IMG/VR virus record: IMGVR_UViG_3300005764_000048
Location: 1-34,276 of that record
DNA: 34,276 nt
Strand: one strand, 5' to 3'
Source: a virus
Taxonomy: Duplodnaviria > Caudoviricetes
In this document: positions 1 to 7,131 of the stretch, piece by piece
Numbering within the stretch: the stretch's first letter is position 1
Layout: each line of letters begins with the position of its first letter
Position numbers and translations under genes: made by a program
The notes under the pieces: generated by a model
What the model saw: only the letters and a program-made list of their open reading frames with translations
The model's database searches: none
Told to the model about the DNA's origin: nothing

Positions 1-1050
1 GAACTTGGTCTTGTTCGAGGGCCGCGTAGCGAACTTTATGAAGCCCTGGAAACAGCAACCGGTGCGCAGAAAGACCCGCTCAGCATCATCATCTCGACGC
101 AAGCGCCGACTGACGCTGACTTGCTTTCCGTTCTGATTGACGACGCGCTCGCCGGGCACGATCCATCGGTCGTGCTCAAACTCTACACCGCGCCGCTCGA
201 AGCCGATCCGTTCGACCCGGACGTGATCGGACTCTCCAATCCTTCGCTCGGGCATTTCCTCTCGCTCAAAGAAGTGCTCAAGCAAGCGAGCGATGCGCGC
301 AGGATGCCCGCGCGCGAGGCGGAATTCCGCAACCTGATTTTGAATCAGCGCGTCGTCGTCGATAATCCGTTCTGTTCGCCGGACGTATGGGCGGGCTGCA
401 ATGAGCCCGTCCGTCCGCTCGAAGATGTCGAGCTATACGGCGGGCTCGATCTTTCCGAAGTCAACGATCTCACGTGCCTTGTGCTCATCGGCAAGGTCGA
501 CGGCAAGTGGCAAGTCAAGCCGACGTTCTGGTTGCCGAGCGAAGGCTTGATGGAAAAGGCGCAAGCGGATCGCACGCCTTGGGATTTATGGCACAGCCAA
601 GGATTTCTCGACACGACGCCCGGCCGCACGATTTCCTATGAGTACGTCGCGCACCATCTGCGCGAGTTGTTCGGACACTACCGGATTCAAAAGATCGCGT
701 TCGACCGCTGGCACTTCTCGCAATTCCGACCGTGGCTCATCAAAGCCGGAATGGACGAAGAATTTATCGAGGAACACTTCGTCGAATTCGGGCAGGGCTA
801 CGCCAGCATGTCGCCAGCGCTGCGCGAGCTAAGCCAGATGTTGCTCGAAAAGAATCTCTGCCACGGCGATCATCCGGTTTTGAAATCTTGCGTCATGAAC
901 ACGGTGATCACGCTCGACGACGCCAAGAACAAGAAACCTTCCAAGCGGCGCTCGACCGGGCGCATCGACGGGCTGGTCGCGCTCGCGATGGCGGTCGGGG
1001 CCGCGCCGCTCAATGAGCCAGAGATAGACATTTCCGCGCTAATCTCTTGA
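1..1050 (+). CDS. terL: Terminase large subunit, HK97-like (5' truncated by window edge)
   Basis: Frame 1 is open from base 1 (ELGLVRGPRSELYEALETATGAQKDPLSIIISTQA, end of ATPase domain with coupling motif). Nuclease motifs GGLDLS..DLT, IAFDRW, GQG..SMSP and RIDGLVALAMA follow. Confidence 0.95.
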   Translation, partial: ELGLVRGPRSELYEALETATGAQKDPLSIIISTQAPTDADLLSVLIDDALAGHDPSVVLKLYTAPLEADPFDPDVIGLSNPSLGHFLSLKEVLKQASDARRMPAREAEFRNLILNQRVVVDNPFCSPDVWAGCNEPVRPLEDVELYGGLDLSEVNDLTCLVLIGKVDGKWQVKPTFWLPSEGLMEKAQADRTPWDLWHSQGFLDTTPGRTISYEYVAHHLRELFGHYRIQKIAFDRWHFSQFRPWLIKAGMDEEFIEEHFVEFGQGYASMSPALRELSQMLLEKNLCHGDHPVLKSCVMNTVITLDDAKNKKPSKRRSTGRIDGLVALAMAVGAAPLNEPEIDISALIS

Positions 1051-1059
1051 GTCGCGTCT

Positions 1060-1134
1060 TTCGGGGGATGACTATCTTAACCCCATTCCCATAGGAGCAA
1101 CGACGACGGCGACTTCGAACGGTCATCCCCCGAA
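1060..1134. repeat. 13-bp perfect inverted repeat TTCGGGGGATGAC / GTCATCCCCCGAA with 49-nt spacer
   Basis: Arms read directly at 1060-1072 and 1122-1134, just after the terL stop. Confidence 0.85.
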
Positions 1135-1235
1135 TTTTCGAGTTGTCCACAGCCCGGACTATTGCGCCGAATCGTTACGTGCTTTTTATTTCCTCCCTGG
1201 CGGTCGGTTGTAACTCTCGTCGTGGCCGCTCACCT

Positions 1236-1288
1236 TGCGCGGTCGGGTTTGCCTTGAACAAGCCCAAGCCCGGCCGCGCATTTGCTTT
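1236..1288 (+). terminator. Long stem-loop followed by TTTGCTTT, possible intrinsic terminator or attenuator
   Basis: TGCGCGGTCGGGTTTG (1236-1251) pairs with CAAGCCCGGCCGCGCA (1265-1280): 16 bp with two G-U pairs in the + strand RNA. The U tract is weak. Confidence 0.5.
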
Positions 1289-1302
1289 GCCGGGGAAGGA
1301 AT

Positions 1303-1635
1303 GTGAAACGTCCAAGCAAGAAAAAGCGCAAAGAGCGTAAGCCGCGTTGGGCGGCCGAGCTTGACGACTTGCGCGCAAAGCTGCAACGCGCGTTGACGAA
1401 TCTGGACGCGCGGATTGAAAGGCTTGAGCCGCTTCCGGTCTTGACCAAGTTGCAACAGCGCGTCGATTATTTGAATGACCGGGTTGAACGGCTGGAAAAG
1501 CAAATTGGTCGGCTGCACGAAATCGAAGCAACCATCAAAACCCTGGTCGCCAATAGCCCGGCCGAGCACAAGCGCAACGGCATATTGATCCCGGTCTACA
1601 CGCCGCCCCCGTACAAGGGAGGGCATAAGCCGTGA
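1303..1635 (+). CDS. Hypothetical coiled-coil protein with basic N-terminus
   Basis: GTG at 1303 after GGAAGGA; heptad-like LDDLRAKLQRALTNLDARIERLE; stop overlaps the next start (GTGA). Confidence 0.65.
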   Translation: MKRPSKKKRKERKPRWAAELDDLRAKLQRALTNLDARIERLEPLPVLTKLQQRVDYLNDRVERLEKQIGRLHEIEATIKTLVANSPAEHKRNGILIPVYTPPPYKGGHKP

Positions 1636-1817
1636 GCCCGCACAGCCTCGTTCGCCGCGTCCAAGTCACGGTCACCGCCGACGATGGCCGCGTGCTTGAC
1701 AATTTCTTTGTCGAATTGCCCGCTGGCTTCGTGCCCGAAATGTTCGACAAGTTTGTGCGCGAGGCGCTTGAAACGTATTTCGATCTCACCGACGCAGTAG
1801 TCGAAGCACCGCGATGA
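1632..1817 (+). CDS. Hypothetical protein (61 aa)
   Basis: 4-nt start/stop overlaps with neighbours on both sides. Confidence 0.65.
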   Translation: MSPHSLVRRVQVTVTADDGRVLDNFFVELPAGFVPEMFDKFVREALETYFDLTDAVVEAPR

Positions 1818-2011
1818 CCGAGCCGAATTATACGGGCGAGCCATCTTATGATTTGCGCGATGCGCTAAAGCTTGTGCTGTTGTTTCACGGCGGCCGATGG
1901 GACGATGCCGAAAAAACCGAATGGCATCGCATCACCGGCACGCGCGAAGCGACCACGAAAGTCCTCTGCGATCACGTCCGCTCTGCGCTGGCATTCTATG
2001 ACCCGAGTTGA
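1814..2011 (+). CDS. Hypothetical protein (65 aa)
   Basis: ATGA overlap with the upstream gene; protein-like composition. Confidence 0.7.
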   Translation: MTEPNYTGEPSYDLRDALKLVLLFHGGRWDDAEKTEWHRITGTREATTKVLCDHVRSALAFYDPS

Positions 2012-2029
2012 GATTTGCGAGCGCGAACG

Positions 2030-2287
2030 ATGAGTAACCGTGTCGAGTGGATTGACGGCGGCCGGGAGCCGCGAGAGAAACCGGACCCGGCCTATCCGCA
2101 GGGCATCGATCTCGACATGGCCAAGGGCCGCAAACCGTCATGCACAATCTCGTTGCCCTATCCCGCCAAGCGCTGCGGTTTCTGGTACGTCGAGTGCGGC
2201 ACGTGCGGGGAGAACATTCTGATTACGACAGCGGGACGCCCGGACGATCCGCGCTCGATCACTCTGCCGTGCAAGATGAGAGCGTGA
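2030..2287 (+). CDS. Small Cys-rich hypothetical protein, possible zinc binder
   Basis: ATG 2030; C..RCG..ECGTCG..LPC motifs; TGATG overlap with the next gene. Confidence 0.75.
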   Translation: MSNRVEWIDGGREPREKPDPAYPQGIDLDMAKGRKPSCTISLPYPAKRCGFWYVECGTCGENILITTAGRPDDPRSITLPCKMRA

Positions 2288-2493
2288 TGCCAATCCAATT
2301 CGTCAACGGTGTGGAATGCGTCGAGTGCCCGTGCTGCCATGGGCGTGGCGTGTTGACCGTTTACGACGAAACGCTGACGCCAGTCGCGGCCAGCTTCCAC
2401 ACTTGCACGCATTGCATGGGCAAGCGCTTCATCGCGGTTGCGATGCCGAAGCACGAACACCCGTTGCGCTATTTTGGCGAAGTGCCGCTATGA
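2287..2493 (+). CDS. DnaJ-type zinc-finger small protein
   Basis: CPCCHGRG and CTHCMGKR match the CxxCxGxG pattern; ATG 2287 overlaps the upstream stop. Confidence 0.7.
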   Translation: MPIQFVNGVECVECPCCHGRGVLTVYDETLTPVAASFHTCTHCMGKRFIAVAMPKHEHPLRYFGEVPL

Positions 2494-2678
2494 ATATCAC
2501 GCTGCGCAGAGGCTTCGACAAATGCGTCGCTTGGGGCAAGCCCGACAGCCCCCCGCGCAGATTGTGCTATGTGTGCTTTGCGCCGCTGCCCCCGGTGCCG
2601 TTGATGGTGTGCCGAAGCGATGGCTACGTTGCTTCGCTGTGCGACCGCTGCGTCGCGAAGTGGGTCGAGGCTAAATGA
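2490..2678 (+). CDS. Small zinc-finger protein (CxxC...CxxC)
   Basis: ATG 2490 (ATGA overlap); CYVC and CDRC pairs. Confidence 0.7.
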   Translation: MNITLRRGFDKCVAWGKPDSPPRRLCYVCFAPLPPVPLMVCRSDGYVASLCDRCVAKWVEAK

Positions 2679-2863
2679 GACTGCGTAAGTGGAACGTCTA
2701 TGCGGCGGGACACCGCGTCGGCATGATCCGCGCCGCGAACAAGATCGAAGCGTCCCGCCTGATCCGCAAGATGTCCAGCACACTCGGGCGTCAGCGCGAT
2801 CCGCTCGATTGGGCGAAGGGCGATTACGTCGTGCGGCGGTCGGATCGTGAGCGCCGGACATGA
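2675..2863 (+). CDS. Hypothetical basic protein (62 aa)
   Basis: ATGA overlaps at both ends; RBS-like GAGG upstream. Confidence 0.65.
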   Translation: MRLRKWNVYAAGHRVGMIRAANKIEASRLIRKMSSTLGRQRDPLDWAKGDYVVRRSDRERRT

Positions 2864-3057
2864 CGCAAGCCGAGCATCGCCAACTCCGCGAAGCTCTCGC
2901 TGAAATTTTCACGGAAGAACACGCCGTCTTTTGGTTGTCGACGCCAAACCGGCATATTCGCGGGCGCATCCCGGTTGAATGCAGTTTCGACGAAGTGAAA
3001 AAGCTTATCGAGCAAGTCAAGGCGATGCTGGAACGGGGCGACAAGCCTGCGCACTGA
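2860..3057 (+). CDS. MbcA/ParS/Xre antitoxin C-terminal-like protein (DUF2384-like)
   Basis: EIF.EEHAVFWLSTPNRHIRGRIP..EVKKLIEQ resembles the family pattern F...A..WL..PN..L.G..P...V...L. Confidence 0.6.
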   Translation: MTQAEHRQLREALAEIFTEEHAVFWLSTPNRHIRGRIPVECSFDEVKKLIEQVKAMLERGDKPAH

Positions 3058-3058
3058 A

Positions 3059-3262
3059 ATGAGCAAGCACTACCCCATGAACAATCTTGCCGAAGCTCGC
3101 GAGTCGATGCACCGCGCGGAGCGTGACCATCGCTCTGGCGTGCTCGACGATTTCCAGTACGCGGACATTCGCGCCATGCTGACCGAAACATTGTCGCGAT
3201 ACGAAAACGACTCCGTCAAGCGCACCGTGGGCGCAGGCAGGCTAAGGTTCACCGAGCCATGA
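3059..3262 (+). CDS. Small helical protein, paralog 1 of a tandem trio
   Basis: YPMNNLAEARESMHRAERD..G.L...QY..IRAML; similar to the next two ORFs. Confidence 0.75.
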   Translation: MSKHYPMNNLAEARESMHRAERDHRSGVLDDFQYADIRAMLTETLSRYENDSVKRTVGAGRLRFTEP

Positions 3263-3441
3263 CAACTAACCCGCAACAGGACGCCGCCAAGATCGCACTT
3301 GAACAGGCACGGCGCGCGCTCATCAAAGCCTCGCGCGAATACGCGACCGGCGAGATGCCGCACGAAATGTATTTCTCGATGCGCGCCATGCTCATCGACA
3401 CGATCTCGCGGCTCGACAAAAAGATGAATCTGGTCGGATGA
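3259..3441 (+). CDS. Small helical protein, paralog 2 of a tandem trio
   Basis: LEQARRALIKASREYATGEM...MY..MRAMLIDTISR; ATGA overlaps at both ends. Confidence 0.75.
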   Translation: MTTNPQQDAAKIALEQARRALIKASREYATGEMPHEMYFSMRAMLIDTISRLDKKMNLVG

Positions 3442-3773
3442 CCGAATACCCCATGAACACGCTGGCGCAGGCGCGCGACTCGATCATGCGCGCGGTCAGG
3501 GATCGCGACGCGCTGCGCATCACGACCGAGCAATTGAAACAGGTGCGCAATGACTACGCGCACCGCCTGACGGAAATAAAAAAGGCCGCGCTTTTGTCTA
3601 GCGCGGCCAAGTTGGGCGTCAGGTCGTTTGGTAATACTTCTGTTGCCGGTAAAGTTTCTTCAACGCCGAATCGGCACGGCGCTTCTTTCGCTCCCAAGCA
3701 ACGATCCGCGCCGCGACCCGCTGTGCGCGGATCGCAACCCGGTCGACCGGTGCGGCGGTCTGCGCCAACTTAG
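3438..3773 (+). CDS. Small helical protein, paralog 3; 3' half probably spurious read-through
   Basis: YPMNTLAQARDSIMRAVRD. After about codon 46 the frame runs through a minus-strand terminator and 155 nt into the convergent gene. Confidence 0.5.
   Translation: MTEYPMNTLAQARDSIMRAVRDRDALRITTEQLKQVRNDYAHRLTEIKKAALLSSAAKLGVRSFGNTSVAGKVSSTPNRHGASFAPKQRSAPRPAVRGSQPGRPVRRSAPT
3574..3608 (-). terminator. Rho-independent terminator of the minus-strand cassette
   Basis: Minus strand reads GGCCGCGCT-AGACAAA-AGCGCGGCC-TTTTTTATTT, 10 nt after the stop at 3619. Confidence 0.85.
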
Positions 3774-4299
3774 GCGAGACAGTCGCGCCGTCGAGATACG
3801 GGTAGTGGCTCTTTTTTTCCGGTGACCAGCGATTGAGCCAGCCCATCGTTTCGTGCTTGTAGCCCCGGCAATGCATCAATTCGTGCTCAAACAAGTGCGC
3901 GAATTCGAACACGTCGAACAACGGTTCGACTGATTTGCCGGTGCCTTTGCACTGGCTGCACGGCGAGGGATCGGCCAACTTGCCGTCGATGATCGATCCC
4001 CACGTTTTGCCGTCAGTGCAGTATTGGCACGCGTCGTCCGGCTTCGGTACTCGCAGCTTCATCGTGCCCGAATGCAAGTAGGCGTATCCGGTGTAGCCGC
4101 CGCGTCCGTGCCATCGTTTCTTGGAGTGAACGATGGTGACCCGGAGCGGATGCCGCAACGGACCTTCGAGCTTGATGTTGGCGTTGAGGACTTTCAACAT
4201 GACCGTGCGCAGCGACCGCGTAGGCCACTGTGTCCGGTTTACAATGTTGAGCTTCTTTGAGATTTGCTGTAGCATGTTCGTGTACTTTCCTAAGTTCAT
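3619..4299 (-). CDS. Putative zinc metallopeptidase (SprT-like HExxH) with inserted Cys4 zinc finger
   Basis: FEHELMHCRGYKH (HExxH plus a third His); CQYC..CSQCKGTG finger; basic C-terminal helix. ATG 4299 overlaps the upstream TGA and a terminator follows. Confidence 0.75.
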   Translation of the reverse strand: MNLGKYTNMLQQISKKLNIVNRTQWPTRSLRTVMLKVLNANIKLEGPLRHPLRVTIVHSKKRWHGRGGYTGYAYLHSGTMKLRVPKPDDACQYCTDGKTWGSIIDGKLADPSPCSQCKGTGKSVEPLFDVFEFAHLFEHELMHCRGYKHETMGWLNRWSPEKKSHYPYLDGATVSPKLAQTAAPVDRVAIRAQRVAARIVAWERKKRRADSALKKLYRQQKYYQTT

Positions 4300-4499
4300 C
4301 AACTTACGTTGTCCCGGCTGGCGTCAACCAGCCGGGTCTTTTTGGTAAGCTCGAAGATTTCGCGACGCACCTTCGTGGTTCGCCCGGACGCGACTTCCGT
4401 GAAGCGCGCCCATTTGCGGCCCACACGAATCGTCACACCGCGCTCGCCACAACCGATGCGAGGCTCGTCAACGAACTTCCAACGTGCTCGTATGAGCAT
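4299..4499 (-). CDS. Hypothetical basic beta-rich protein (66 aa)
   Basis: RBS AGAAAGGA 7 nt before ATG 4499; TGATG coupling to the peptidase gene. Confidence 0.75.
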   Translation of the reverse strand: MLIRARWKFVDEPRIGCGERGVTIRVGRKWARFTEVASGRTTKVRREIFELTKKTRLVDASRDNVS

Positions 4500-4574
4500 T
4501 GGAGAGTCCTTTCTGATTCACCTGTCAAACAGCCCGCCCGCGCGTTGGGCATGGTTCTTCTCACGCGCAGGAAG

Positions 4575-4583
4575 AGTATAGCA
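4575..4583 (-). promoter_or_regulatory. Extended -10 promoter element TGCTATACT for the minus-strand cassette
   Basis: TGnTATACT about 75 nt upstream of ATG 4499; no canonical -35 at 17-bp spacing. Confidence 0.5.
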
Positions 4584-4593
4584 CGGCTCGCCG

Positions 4594-4792
4594 TTGACGT
4601 TTTGACGCGACTCGTTTTCGAAGATGGTTGCAGACGAAAGGCGAGCGTAATCAATGCTCGCTATTCGACTCGGAACGAGTCAAAATTCGGTTTCATGCGG
4701 GTTTCTTGAATCGGTGTTTGACTCGGCGTCAATGACTTAGACGGAATTGGCTCGCGTTTGCTTCGGTGAAAGTGGGTCGAAATAAAGTCATT
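4594..4792. promoter_or_regulatory. Divergent intergenic region with repeated TTTGACTCG-like motifs and inverted repeats
   Basis: TTTGACGCG 4601, TTCGACTCG 4664, CGAGTCAAA 4676 (reverse copy), TTTGACTCG 4717; GCGAGC/GCTCGC 4641-4661; AATGACTT 4731 / AAGTCATT 4785. Confidence 0.5.
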
Positions 4793-4810
4793 AAGAGTTT
4801 GCAGGAATCA

Positions 4811-4885
4811 AAGCTCCCCGGCTCTTCGCGAGGGCACGGGGCTTCGCCCGCTCTCCTACGGATCGCCGTCTACGGGAGAGCGGGC
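4811..4885 (+). other. Two adjacent stem-loops forming a structured leader
   Basis: Imperfect AAGCTCCCCG..CGGGGCTT (4811-4844) and perfect 11-bp GCCCGCTCTCC (4846-4856) / GGAGAGCGGGC (4875-4885). Confidence 0.6.
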
Positions 4886-4907
4886 ATCCTTTCCATGGGA
4901 GGCAACC

Positions 4908-5078
4908 ATGACGCTCGGCTTGGCTTATTGGGTGCTGATGCTGATTTGGCTTGTGTGGGGATTGCTGACGCACTTCGGCTACGCAGGCCCCTACAGCGCG
5001 GGCGTCAACGTCGTGTTGCTTTTCGTCCTCTTCTTGCTACTCGGATGGCAAACCTTCGGGCCGCCTTTGCATCGGTGA
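4908..5078 (+). CDS. 56-aa two-TM membrane protein (holin-like or small toxin-like), absent from the ORF track
   Basis: RBS GGGAGG 5 nt before ATG; translates to MTLGLAYWVLMLIWLVWGLLTHFGYAGPYSAGVNVVLLFVLFLLLGWQTFGPPLHR. Confidence 0.8.
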   Translation: MTLGLAYWVLMLIWLVWGLLTHFGYAGPYSAGVNVVLLFVLFLLLGWQTFGPPLHR

Positions 5079-5082
5079 GTCG

Positions 5083-7131
5083 GTGACCGACGATATTCTT
5101 TTCCGCACATACGAGCCGCCCGCGCTAAAGGAAGGCGATTGGGACGAGTCCAAGCATCCGCGTGGACAGCCGGGCAACGCCGGACAATTCGGGCCGGGCG
5201 GCGGCGGCAAAGAGCCGAGCACGTCGAAGCCCGGCAAGGGCAAAGCGCCGAAGACAGGCCAGCCGAAGCCGGGCGGCGTCGGCGCGGAGAGCATCGAAGG
5301 CCAGCATCCGGGCCAAGGCTATTCCAAGGACGCGCGGCTACTGCACGACGGCACGATCTACACGACCAACGTACAAGACGCGGTGCTCGCGCTTTATGAG
5401 CACAAGCACGTCGAGCTAGACCAACCGCGCACTGTCTCGACACTCATCCGCAAGCTCGGCCAAGAGGCGATGCGCTGGCAGAAAGCGGGCCAAGCCGCGC
5501 CGACGTTCAATCTCTGCGACGTGTCGGTCGCTGGCACGAATCTGTTTTGCACCGACACCAAAGGCATCCCGCGTATCGAGATGCCGCAACTCGACAGGGA
5601 GCAAACAAAAAAATTCATCAAATACCTAAAGAAAGAAGGCTACGAATCCGAGAAGGTCAAAGAGCGCGCCGACTATCTGCGCGCGACGCAGGATGAGCTT
5701 TCCGGGGCCAAGGTCGCGGCCAACATGGACAAGCTCAAGGATGAGGAAGATCACATCGGGCGACGGCTGGTCGTCTCGCGCGACAACTACATTCTCGACG
5801 GGCATCATCATTGGGCGGCGAAAATCGGACTCGACGCTCTCGACGGCAAACTCTCGCAAGCAACCAAAATGCCGGTCACGCGCGTGGACATTTCGATCAC
5901 GCAGCTATTGCGCGAGGCCGACAAGTTCACGGGCGGCAAAGGCCACAAGGCCGCGAGCGAAATGGGCTATGAGCCGGAAGTCACACGCGCGAAACGGCCG
6001 AAGACCGAGATCGAGCTATGGCCCGAGCACGGCGAGGACGAAGGCGAATTCCTTGATCGCTGCGTCTATGCGCTGACGCCGTGCATCGGCGCGGATCGTG
6101 CCGAAGAAGTCTGCGGCGACAAATGGGACGCGTCCGGCAAGCTCGGCAAGAAAGGCTACGTGACGCGTGACCAGCTTTCGGGCGAGCTTGCCAGCAATCT
6201 TGTGACTGAGGCGTGCGGAAAAACTTGCCTCGCGTGCGACGCGCCCGCCAACGACACGCAAGCGCTATTCGCGAAGCTGTGGGATGAATCCGAGCATCCG
6301 CGCGAGCCCGCCGGAACGCCGGAAGGCGGGCGCTTCGCCGGGGGCGGCCCCGCCGACGAAGGCACCGCGCATGTCGACGAAAGCGCGCTGCGCGACACGA
6401 AGGAAATTTCGGAAGCTGTCGCTGGTCAACTCGGCTTTCCGCAAAGCGACGTGATTATCAATCCGGGCACGTATCACGTGCAGTTGGGCGACCGCGAGTT
6501 TGACGCGGCAGGCTCGGCCAATCTGCAAACCGGAAAGATCACGCTGTATCCGCAAGGCTTGACCGGCTTCGGTACAAGCATCGGCGGCGTCACCGCGCAC
6601 GAAATCGAGCATATCAAATTCCAGACCGCGCTCGACAAGCATCAGGCCGAGTATCGCTTAGCCGAAGCCGAGCCGGGGCCGCCGCCGAATCCGGCGAGCG
6701 AGCATTGGTGGGAACAACGCGGCGGCAAAGATGCCGTGTTCCGACCGGACGGCACGCTATGGCCGCCCTACGATCAGAAGTATCCGAATTATCAGGCGAT
6801 GGAAAAAGCCTTCCGCATGCACACGTGGGAGGACTTCGCCAAATCCGATGGCGTGTCCGACTACAGCTATGATTGGTGGAAAAACTGGAAAGACCAAAAG
6901 ACGTTTCAGGGTCGGCCAATCAGCTACGAGCAAGCCGTGCATGAAACGCTCGCGGAGATCGCGCGTATCAAATATCAGACCGGGCTCTTCCCCGACCACA
7001 TGGGCGAGCGCATCATTTCGTGGCGCGGCGAGGACAAGCCGCCGCCGACGAAAGTCGAGATGGTCAAGAATCGCGCGGTGTGGCGTGAACTCTTTCGCAC
7101 CGTCGAGAAAGTTTACAAAGGCACGGCATGA
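5083..7131 (+). CDS. Multidomain protein: HPR tag, ParB/Srx-like domain, Cys/Trp module, HPR tag, zincin metallopeptidase
   Basis: WDESKHPR..GQF (5140); GIPRIEMPQ, LRATQ, VVSRDNYILDGHHHW; PEHGE..FLDRC..A...C...W (6022-6126); WDESEHPR..GRF (6280); AHEIEH, VSDYS, HETLAE. Confidence 0.8.
   Translation: MTDDILFRTYEPPALKEGDWDESKHPRGQPGNAGQFGPGGGGKEPSTSKPGKGKAPKTGQPKPGGVGAESIEGQHPGQGYSKDARLLHDGTIYTTNVQDAVLALYEHKHVELDQPRTVSTLIRKLGQEAMRWQKAGQAAPTFNLCDVSVAGTNLFCTDTKGIPRIEMPQLDREQTKKFIKYLKKEGYESEKVKERADYLRATQDELSGAKVAANMDKLKDEEDHIGRRLVVSRDNYILDGHHHWAAKIGLDALDGKLSQATKMPVTRVDISITQLLREADKFTGGKGHKAASEMGYEPEVTRAKRPKTEIELWPEHGEDEGEFLDRCVYALTPCIGADRAEEVCGDKWDASGKLGKKGYVTRDQLSGELASNLVTEACGKTCLACDAPANDTQALFAKLWDESEHPREPAGTPEGGRFAGGGPADEGTAHVDESALRDTKEISEAVAGQLGFPQSDVIINPGTYHVQLGDREFDAAGSANLQTGKITLYPQGLTGFGTSIGGVTAHEIEHIKFQTALDKHQAEYRLAEAEPGPPPNPASEHWWEQRGGKDAVFRPDGTLWPPYDQKYPNYQAMEKAFRMHTWEDFAKSDGVSDYSYDWWKNWKDQKTFQGRPISYEQAVHETLAEIARIKYQTGLFPDHMGERIISWRGEDKPPPTKVEMVKNRAVWRELFRTVEKVYKGTA

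Noticed and set aside
1143-1151. TTGTCCACA DnaA-box-like 9-mer
   Set aside because: A single copy with no AT-rich unwinding region or replication gene nearby; not evidence for an origin.
4766-5086. 106-aa ORF from the track
   Set aside because: It overlaps the hairpin region, and the 56-aa membrane ORF in another frame has the better RBS and composition.
5083-7131. Call as chromosome-partitioning ParB or as a MuF toxin
   Set aside because: No HTH, ParA or parS is evident, and I could not recognise a MuF domain or its Cys/His motif.
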